From: Macrostomum lignano
Lineage: Eukaryota
DNA length: 56,728 bases
NCBI GenBank assembly: GCA_002269645.1
Contig: NIVC01001083.1
Location: forward strand, 1-56,728
Direction: 5' to 3'
Part shown: piece after piece, positions 23,201 to 34,000 of the stretch
How the letters are laid out: every line of letters begins with the position of its first letter
How positions within the stretch are numbered: the first letter of the stretch is position 1
Notes under the pieces: model-generated
Databases searched by the model: none
Told to the model about the DNA's origin: nothing
Seen by the model: the letters and a program-made list of their open reading frames with translations, nothing else
Position numbers and translations under genes: made by a program

Positions 23201-26200
23201 GCCAGGCGAAAAGTCCAACGGTTTGGCGGGCGGCCGCTCTTCCGACTTCGGCGGCGCAGATGGCTCCGACGGAGGCTCTTCGGGCTCCGAGGCTGCTGCG
23301 GCGGCGGCAGCGGCAACTGCAGCGGCTGCAGCAGCGGCAGCGGCTGCAGCAGCGGCGGCCTCGGCTCGCTGGCGTCTTCGCTCGGCAGCTCGGCTAAGCG
23401 CCGGATTCGAACTCTTGACATCATCGTCGTTGCTGACTTCCTCAACGGCTGGTGGCGGCGGAGGCGGCGGCGGCAGCTCCTCTAGCGGCGGCGTCAGCTG
23501 CTTGACTGTTGCCGGTGATGCCGTTGGGACACCGCGCTGTCGAGGAGACGCAGGCGGTCGGGAAGCTGCGGCATTTTCCTCAGTCGGCGTGGAGGCGGCG
23601 GCGGCTGCGGTTGGCGGGTCAGCCGTGGGCTTGGGCAAGGACTCCGGGTGCTTTTCAATCTCGGAGCTCTTGCTAGTGAGGTCGTGCCGCTCCGACTGCG
23701 TGACGCGAGTGACGGAACTCCTATGGGGGATGGGATAATATAGGAGTGGGATTCTTGTCTGGCTTCATTGTCGTTCAAGAGTCTGCAAAAACATGCCAAT
23801 TTATTGACTATTAAAACGTACGTTATTGACTATGGAAAATTATAGAATTCCTGGAGAAGTAAAGGAGAGCGGGGTTGTGGCCTAGTGGCTAGAGCGTTGG
23901 ACTTGCGACTGAAAGGTCGGGGGTTCGATTCCTGATCCTAGTGGAATAATTTGTGTGACCTTGAGCAAGACACTTAACTCTGCATTGCTTCAGTTAACCC
24001 AGCTGTAAAATGGGTGCCAGCATTAGCTGGGGTAATTGAGGGCGTGTGGCGACCCCCAGTCCTTGGACGGAACAGCCGTACGCAGCTTTCAGATGCGCCG
24101 CGCAATGGCTGCTGCTGAGCTGTCGGTTGCATATCTACCCATTAGGGCAGGTTTAATCATTTACTATTAATATTATATTCTTGAATAAGTTAAAGAAATA
24201 AAAATTTACAAATACTACTACTAGAAAAGTTGAAGTAGTCAGTATAGAATTTCGGTCAAAAGAAAGCGGATGTAAAATACTTGTTCGTTACACCCGAGAT
24301 ACACTGCGCAGTACCGGCCCCGCTGCGGCATATCCGCTATTAAATCTTGGGGCTATTTATAGACTATACACATCCGCATTAACTTTCTTAGTTCATAGTT
24401 GTTCGTCCCATGTTTTTCTTTCGATATTCTATCCATCAGCTGGGATGGCAAGGAAAAGAAGAAACCATTTTTGCAAAGGATCGGTCAACGAGTGCGCGTA
24501 TGTACCCGCGTACAGACAAATGTACGGCTCGTGCACACAGGAGTTCGGTGAGAAAGGGCGAGACGAAGGACTGGCGCTTCTGGCCGAATCGAAGAAGGGA
24601 GACGCACATGGGAACGAACGGATCGAATAAAGGATTGGGGGTGGTAAGTTCGTTTTTAACTTAGCAAGAGAGACAGGGAGGCTACGAGGCAGGGCGGATG
24701 GAAGGAAGGAGGTGCACGTAGGTGGATAAAGAAGGGCAGATCCAGCCCGGGGCTTCTGGGGCAGGGCAGGGACCATTTTCGGCTGACGGATTTTGTGACG
24801 TAAGCAAACTTTCTGGTACAGTGGAGAGGGGAATTCTTACTGCAGGCGGGCAGGTCTTGTACGACTTCTGTGCAACTATATTGATCCTAAAAATTGGATA
24901 GCCCACCTCACCATCCTTTCTGCCTTTAGTTTCCAGTATGCGCTGCTGCTATGCCACGGGGTCGGCAAACCTTTTTTACTTCAGCGGCACAGATAGAGAA
25001 TCTAGCCCATGACTGCGGGCCACGAGACAGAGGGGAGCAAAAAAGAGGAGAAGAGGGAAGGGAGAAGAGGAGAGAAGAGGGAAGGGAAACTAGGAGAGGA
25101 GAGGAGTGAGAGAAAGGGAGAGAAAAACAAAGAGAAGATGAGAGAGCATAGGCTAGAAGATAAGAGAGGAGAGATGAGAGAAGTGACAGGAGAAGAGAAG
25201 GGAGGAGAAAGAAGAGGTGAGGTGAGAGAAGAGGAGATGAGGGGAGAGAGAAGAGGAGAGAGAAGAGAGGAGATGAGAGGAGAGGAGAGAGATGAGAGGA
25301 GAGGAGAGAGAAGAGAAGAGAGAAGAGAAGAGAGAAGAGAAGAGAGGAAGGAGAGGAGAGAGAAGAGAAGAGAGGAGAGAGAAGAGAAGAGAGGAGAGAG
25401 AAGAGAAGAGAAGAGAGGAGAGAGAAGAGAAGAGAGGAGAGTAGAGAGAAGAAAAGAGAGGAGAGTAGAGAGAAGAGCGGAGAGAAGAGGAGAGAGAAGA
25501 GAAGAGAAGAGAGGAGAGAGAAGAGAAGAGAGGAGAGTAGAGAGAAGAGAAGAGAGTAGAGTAGAGAGAAGAGCGGAGAGAAGTGGAGAGAGAAGAGAAG
25601 AGAGGAAGGAGAGAGAAGAGCGGAGCGGAGAGGAGAGGAGAGAGAAGAGAAGAGAGGAGAGGAGATAGAAGAGCGGAGAGGAGAGAGAAGAGGAGAGCTG
25701 AGAAGACAACCCGAGCGGCCGGACGTCAATTTGTTCAGTTGCAAAGGACCCAAAGGGCCGAAGAGAGAGGCATAGCGGTCCGCAGCTGGCACACGAGCCG
25801 GACTTTGCCAACCCCTGTTGCACGCAGCCAGTTGCAGAAATATTCACTTCAACCCAGCGCTTTTCTGCCTGCCCGCTTGCTTTGGTCTTGGCAAAATGGG
25901 ATACAGCTACTTCACCTGAAGAAAAGGAACCCCGTGCGTTAATACCGCGGGTTTCCTATCTAGCTATAAATACTTTAGAATATCTTTAATTAAATAGTAG
26001 AAGTTCGGTCCGACAAAATGAAAGTGGATGTAAATAAACACATATCCGTCAGCAATATTTATAGTCATAAAATTAGCATTACATTTTGCGCATAATCCGT
26101 CTTTAAAAGTCCTTAATCCTTGGGCGGGTCTGTAGATTTGAAATTTTATCTGTTTATCTTTTTACTTGCTTTGACTATTAATCCTCTTGAATCCTTTCTT

Positions 26201-29200
26201 TCCCAGATTTCTCCGAAACTCTTCTCACATTGTGGCTCTGTCTTATCTCCGTCTCACCCTGTCTGCATCTCATCCTGTCTACATCTCACCCTGTCTACAT
26301 CTCACCCTGTCTAGAAATTTTATCTGTTTATCTTTTTACTTGCTTTGACTTTTTACTCTCTTTTTACATTTAAACATTTATCCGAAAGCACACAATCCAA
26401 ACGTAATAAAAGAACATAAAAATTAACCGTATAAAAAGAAACAATTAAAATTCTAATCTTTGCAGGATAAAACAATTTTCAAGGAAACGTTAACTAACAA
26501 TTTTGCAAACATTATTGGACTAGTTGAAGACTTTAATCCGTTCATTTTGTTAGCAACATTTTGTAGTGTTGCAATGGCCGCACTGATTCTGCAACTTGGA
26601 CTGAAAACACGTACAAAATCAAAATGATTAGTTAAAGTAAACGAATGTACGAGTGTATAAATAAACAGTTCCTCGGTTAATGCTATGCTATTTACCAAAT
26701 ATAATAATTGGGCAGAGGTAGGCAAACCCTCTCTATCCACAGCCTTCGGGTCCTTTGAAATTTCACCCCCTTCTCTCTCCTCTCCTCTACTCCTCTCGCG
26801 CATCTCTTCTCCTCTTGCCTCTCCGCTTTCCCCCCATTTCGCTTATCACCTCTCATCTCTTTTCTTGTCTCCTCTCTTTGCCAATATCTCATCTCCCATC
26901 TCCTATTTCTCAACTCTTCTCTCTTATCTTCCATCGCTCCTCTCTCATCTTTTATCGCTTTTCTCTTCTCTTCCATATATTATCTTTTCTCTTTCATCCT
27001 TCCTCTCTTCTCTTCAATTCTTTTCTCTCTTCTCTTCAATCTCCCCTCTCTTCTCTTCAATCTCTCCTCTTTTCTCTTCAATCTCTCCTCTTTTCTCTTC
27101 TATCTCTCCTCTCTTCTCTTCAATCTCTTTTCTCTTCTCTTCAATCTCTCCTCTCTTCTCTTCAATATATTTTCTCTTCTCTCCAATCTCACCTCTCTTC
27201 TCTTCAATCTCTTTTCTCTTCTCTTTAATCTCTCCTCTCTTCTCTTTAATATCTTTTCTCTTCTCTTCAATCTCTCCTCTCTTCTCTTCAATCTCTTTTC
27301 TCTTCTCTTCAATCTCTCTTCTCTTCTCTTCAATCTCTTTTCTCTTCTCTTCAATCTCTCCTCTCTTCTCTTCAATCTCTTTTCTCTTCTCTTCAATCTC
27401 TCCTCTCTTCTCTTCAATCTCTCCTCTCTTCTCTTCAATCTCTTTTCTCTTCTCTTCAATCTCTCCTCTCTTCTCTTCAATCTCTTTTCTCTTCTCTTCA
27501 ATCTCTCCTCTCTTCTCTTCAATCTCTTTTCTCTTCTCTTCAATCTCTCCTCTCTTCTCTTCAATCTCTCCTCTCTTCTCTTCAATCTCTTTTCTCTTCT
27601 CTTCAATCTCTCCTCTCTTCTCTTCAATCTCTCCTCCCTCCTCTCCTGTGACCCGCAGTGAGGCGTTAGATTCTCTATCTAGCTTTTGAAGTAAAGAAGT
27701 TTTGCCGACCCTTGCCCTAAGCTGAAAAAAACACACAGAGGCTTGACGTAGCTGGAAAACATACTCAACCAGGGGGCAACAAATAATTGAATTGCAACTG
27801 CGCCACACAATACGAGAAAGCCTGTTTGCATTTGCCAGCAAACGTCTTTAACGTATGTTAAAGTTTCAAACTCGCATATGAGGTATATAGATGATGCTAT
27901 TTTTGTAAACAGTTCTGACAAACTTAAAACAGAGAAGAATATTAGAAAACAGAGTTCAGCTAAGTGTTTGTCCGTATAAATAAGTTATATCTGCTAACGG
28001 AATAGCGCAGAAGCCTCTGAGCCCTGTCAACAGGTCATTGACAGGTCATTGACACAAAAGCTAAGGTAAATGGGTTTTTATGGATGATAAACACAGTTTA
28101 GATTGGGGTTTTGTGGATGATAAACACAAACCAGATTGGGATATAGATGGATGATAAACACAATTTAGATTGAAGTACAGATGGACGATAAACACAATTT
28201 AGATTGAAGTACAGATGGATGATAAACACAATTTAGATTGAAGTACAGATGGATGATAAACACAATTCAGATTGAAATACAGATGGATGATAAACACAAT
28301 TTAGATTGAAATACAGATAGATGATAAACACAATTTAGATTGAAGTACAGATGGACGATAAACACAATTTAGATTGAAGTACAGATGGATGATAAACACA
28401 ATTCAGATTGAAATACAGATGGATGATAAACACAATTTAGATTGAAATACAGATAGATGATAAACACAATTTAGATTAAAGTACAGATGGACGATAAACA
28501 CAATTTAGATTGAAGTACAGATGGATGATAAACACAATTCAGATTGAAATACAGATGGATGATAAACACAATTTAGATTGAAGTACAGATGGATGATAAA
28601 CACAATTTAGATTAAAGTACAGATGGACGATAAACACAATTTAGATTGAAGTACAGATGGATGATAAACACAATTTAGATTGAAGTACAGATGGATGATA
28701 AACACAATTCAGATTGAGGTACAGATGGATGATAAACACAATTTAGATTGAAATACAGATAGATGATAAACACAATTTAGATTAAAGTACAGATGGACGA
28801 TAAACACAATTTAGATTGAAATACAGATAGATGATAAACACAATTTAGATTGAAGTACAGATGGATGATAAACACAATTCAGATTGAAATACAGATGGAT
28901 GATAAACACAATTTAGATTGAAATACAGATGGATGATAAACACAATTTAGATTGAAATACAGATGGATGATAAACACAATTTAGATTGAAGTACAGATGG
29001 ATGATAAACACAATTTAGATTAAAGTACAGATGGACGATAAACACAATTTAGATTGAAATACAGATGGATGATAAACACAATTTAGATTGAAGTACAGAT
29101 GGATGATAAACACAATTTAGATTGAAGTACAGATGGATGATAAACACAATTCAGATTGAAATACAGATGGATGATAAACACAATTCAGATTGAAATACAG

Positions 29201-30989
29201 ATGGATGATAAACACAATTTAGATTGAAGTACAGATGGATGATAAACACAATTTAGATTGAAATACAGATGGATGATAAACAAAATTTGGATTGGGGTAC
29301 AGACGGGTGATAAATAAGATTGACGTATAGATGGATAGTAAACACAAATCCGATTGAGGCACATTGTTAGCAAACGAAAATAAACTAAGATTAAAATAAA
29401 AAACTATTTAAACGCTATTAATAAAAGGTGGCAAAAGTACAAGCGAACAAATTCAGAGACTCACCGCCTTGAAGTGTAAGGCTTGGATCCATCATCTTCT
29501 TTCATACTAGTAATGATTGGTTGCTTGCCAGACTCCTTCATTAGCTACAAAAATTAATTTAGTTAAACAGTTTACATTATATTAAGTATGATTTCTTTGA
29601 ACTTATTATTCATTTCATACACGGCCATCTTACTGACCTCTTTTTGTTTCGCTTGAAGCTCTTTAAGAAGGCTGTGCAGTTCTTCTTCGGCGATATCAAA
29701 AACTGTTTGATTCTGAAATAGGGAAGGTTAGTTGAATAGAGTTGTTGATGAGGCGCTAAGGCTCATGGGAATGGTGCTGAGATGCCGAGGATCAAAGGTA
29801 AGTCTCAAAGGATCAAAGGATCGATTGGTAAGTCACTGAATCTATATTGGAAAGTCACTGAATCTATATTGGAAAGTTACTGAATCTGGATTGAAAAGTC
29901 ACTGAATCTGGATTGGAAAGTCACTGAATCTAGATCGGAAAGTCACTGAATCTGAATTGGAAGGTCACTGAATCTGGATTGGAAAGTCACTGAATCTGGA
30001 TTGGAAAGTTACTGAATCTGGATTGAAAAGTCACTGAATCTGGATTGGAAAGTCACTGAATCTAGATCGGAAAGTCACTGAATCTGAATTGGAAAGTCAC
30101 TGAATCTGGATTGGAAAGTCACTGAATCTGGATTGGAAAGTCACTGAATCTTGATTGGAAAGTCACTGAATCTGGATTGGAAAGTCACTGAATCTTGATT
30201 GGAAAGTCACTGAATCTTGATTGGAAAGTCACTGAATCTGGATTGGAAAGTCACTGAATCTTGATTGGAAAGTCACTGAATCTGGATTGGAAAGTCACTG
30301 AATCTTGATTGGAAAGTCACTGAATCTGGATTGGAAAGTCACTGAATCTGAATTGGAAAGTCACTGAATCTGGATTGGATAGTCACTGAATCTGGATTGG
30401 AAAGTCACTGAATCTGAATTGGAAAGTCACTGAATCTGAATTGGAAAGTCACTGAATCTGGATTGGATAGTCACTGAATCTGAATTGGAAAGTCACTGAA
30501 TCTGGATAGGAAAGTCACTGAATCTGGATTGGAAATTCACTGAATCTGGATTGGAAAGTCACTGAATCTGGATTGGAAATTCAGTGAATCTGGATTGGAA
30601 AGTCACTGAATGTGGATAGGAAAGTCACTTAATTTGCAATGGGAACAATAAAACACATTGATGAGCTGTCAAAATAATCCAAACTAAGAGCCTATAACGT
30701 TAGATTTAAGAAAAATTTAGAAAGGCAAAAAACATGGACAGAAAAGCCGTTAAAAATGCATTAAAGGTTGCTCCATTTAACGGACACGAAATGGTGCGCG
30801 CAATTTGGCATGGGGATCAAGTCTGCACTGAGGCACTTCAACGTAACGCTTCAGTGTCGCAGTTTTAAACTATTCCCAGTCAATAAATAGATCGACAGAA
30901 TTCAATGGGGATTGTACAGTGCATAGAGACCCTGTCAATGTGCAAACATTATGACTAATAGAAAATAAAATTATTTCCTGAATACTGAT

Positions 30990-31037
<48 letters not shown>

Positions 31038-34000
31038 CAGACAAAAGCTAGCACAGACAATAGCAGGCACTAACACAGACAGACAGACACTAAGACACAC
31101 TAACGGGAACTAACAGACAGACAGTAAGACAGACTAATAGACACAAAGACACACTAACAGACAGACAGACTAACAGACACAAAGACAGAAACTAGCACAG
31201 ACAATAGCAGGCACTAACACAGACAGACAGACACAAAGACACACTAACAGACACTAACAGACAGACAGTAAGACAGACTAACAGACACAAAGACACACTA
31301 ACAGACAGACAGATTAACAGACACAGACAAAAACTAGCACAGACAATAGCAGGCACTAACACAGACAGACAGACACAAAGACACACTAACAGACAGACAG
31401 ATTAAGACACAGACAGAAACTAGCACAGACAATAGCAGGCACTAACACAGACAGACAGACACTAAGACAGACTAACAGACACTAACAGACAGACATTAAG
31501 ACAGACTAACAGACACAAAGACACACTAACAGACAGACAGATTAACAGACACAGACAGAAACTAGCACAGACAATAGCAGGCACTAACACAGACAGACAG
31601 ACACTAACACTAAACAATACATTTTAGCATTCAAGTTCCAACGATCCAAAGAGAGGCGGACAGGAAGACAGTGTGAGGCGGAGTCGCGGCATGGCTAAAC
31701 ATGCAGCCGCAGGGTTAAAGCGAGATTTTAGCTGAGCCAAGCTTTAGCCACGGTAGTTGGGGGGGGGTGATTATTGTTGCACTTCAAACGCGCTGCTGCA
31801 GCTGCTGTCGTTGAAACCAACAAAAGCATCGACCGACCGAACAGAGAGTGAGAGGCAGAGAGGAAGACAGGAGGGGGGGGGGCGGGACAAAGCATGAAAG
31901 GCCGCCATCGCAAAAGCAAAGTCCAGTGTACCATCTGAACCTTCTAGTTCCACCTTTCCCAAATCCCAACCCCGAATCCCCCAAAAAACGCACGACACGC
32001 CAAACCGTGCATTCCGGATAGCCGCGAGTTAGAATACAATTTAAGGGAAAAGCTTAACGGTCTGTTCGAGGAAACTGAACAACAAGAAAATTCTACAGCA
32101 CCGCCTAGCCTAATAAAACCCCGGTTGACAATAGATACACCCCTATGCATATCTATATCTAGCCCCGAAATGCTGGTAGATAACGGAGAAATGGTTAATA
32201 AAAGTGATTTATATTTACAGGGAGAGGCTTGTGAGACACTTGGAGAATAAAAAAATGCCTTGCACACTTTTACTTGACCTGAATTTCCCATGGTCTAATC
32301 ATTTCAAATCATTAAATTTAGATCGATTGAGGGTCTGAGATAGTTATAGAGGGTCTAAGATAATTATAGAGGGTCTGAGATAATTACAGAGAATCTGAGA
32401 TAATTACAGAGGGTCCGAGATAATTATAGAGGGTCTGAGATAATTATAGAGGGTTTGAGATAATTACAGAGGGTCTGAGATAATTATAGAGGGTCCGAGA
32501 TAATTACAGAGGGTCTGAGATAATTACAGAGGGTCTGAGATAATTACAGAGGGTCTGAGATAATTACAGAGGGTCTGAGATAATTACAGAGGGTCTGAGA
32601 TAATTACAGAAGGTCTGAGATTGTGACAGAGTTCGATATGAATATCTAGGCAGTCTTTGTAATGTTATGTTTAAATAAAATTCTGGTGTAGACAGCCAGA
32701 TGAGATAAGATAAGGAATTAATTGGATAGCGTATTGCGCAGAGAAGATTGAAATAATTGAGACAAAAGAAAAAATACACGTGAGGCCACACGCCCAGCAA
32801 GAACTTCTCACCGCGTGAGTCACCGCAGCCATGTCCGCGCCATTGGATGCCAGCACTTTGCAGGCGGCCTCTTGGCCCCAATGGGCGGCCGCGTGCAACG
32901 GAGTCCAACCGTCGCAGTCGCGATCGTTAATATCAACGCCGGGGCATTGCAGCAGAGTGCTCAACACTATTGAGTAGCCTTTAGCGGCGGCCACGTGCAG
33001 CGGGGAGGCGTGCGATCTGGGATCGCGTACGCAACGATAGCGGCCCTCTTTTAGCCAGGCGCGCGCGTCTTTTTGCATAGCCAGCGCCTCCGCATTTCTG
33101 GCTCGGTTCTCGTCTATTAGGGCCATGCTCGCCTTCAGCAGCTGCTTCATATCCCAGGATTCTGCCACGTCTATGGGTAGGTCGCCGTCATTGTTGGCGA
33201 TGCCCACCTGGGGATGGGGATCGCGCTTTATAGCTTCATTTGGGTCAAGGTGACTGTCCGCGTGAGTCATTTGATCTGGGTCAAGGTTACTGTCTACATG
33301 AGCCATTTGACCTGGGTCAATGTGACTGTCTGCGTGAGTCATTTGATCTTCTGGGTCAAGGTGACTGTCTGCGTGAGTCATTTGATCTGGGTCAATGTGA
33401 CTGTCTGCGTAAGTCATTTGATCTGGGTCAAGGTGACTGTCTACGTGAGTCATTTGATCTGGGTCAATGTGACTGTCTGCGTAAGTCATTTGATCTGGGT
33501 CAAGGTGACTGTCTACGTGAGTCATTTGATCTGGGTCAAGGTGATTTTCTGCGTAAGTCATTTGATCTGGGTCAAGGTGACTGTCTGCGTGAGTCATTTG
33601 ATCTGGGTCAAGGTTATTGTCTGCGTAAGTCATTTGATCTGGGTCAATGTGACTGTCCGCGTAAGTCATTTGATCTGGGTCAAGGTGACTGTCTGCGTAA
33701 GTCATTTGTTCTGAGTCAAGGTGACTGTCTGCGTGAGTCATTTGACCTGGGTCAATGTTACTGTCTACGTGAGTCATTTGATCTGCTGGGTCAAGGTGAC
33801 TGTCTGCGTGAGTCATTTTATCTGGGTCAAGGTGACTGTCTGCGTAAGTCATTTGATCTGGGTCAAGGTGACTGTCTGCGTGAGTCATTTGATCTGGGTC
33901 AAGGTGACTGTCTGCGTAAGTCATTTGATCTGGGTCAAGGTGACTGTCTGTGTAAGTCATTTGATTTGGGTCAAGGTTACTGTCTACGTGAGTCATTTGA

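Noticed and set aside
23864-23940. tRNA gene-like A/B boxes (also 11543, 12347, 42202)
   Set aside because: No complete cloverleaf; each continues into a shared SINE body and tail.
27645-27730. Candidate MYPT exon [23 protein letters not shown]
   Set aside because: Wrong phase for the exon 5 donor, and the sequence is the hAT terminal inverted repeat; exon 5 joins cleanly to 23720.
28080-30630. CRISPR-like regular arrays
   Set aside because: Head-to-tail repeats with no unique spacers, no cas genes, eukaryotic intron context.
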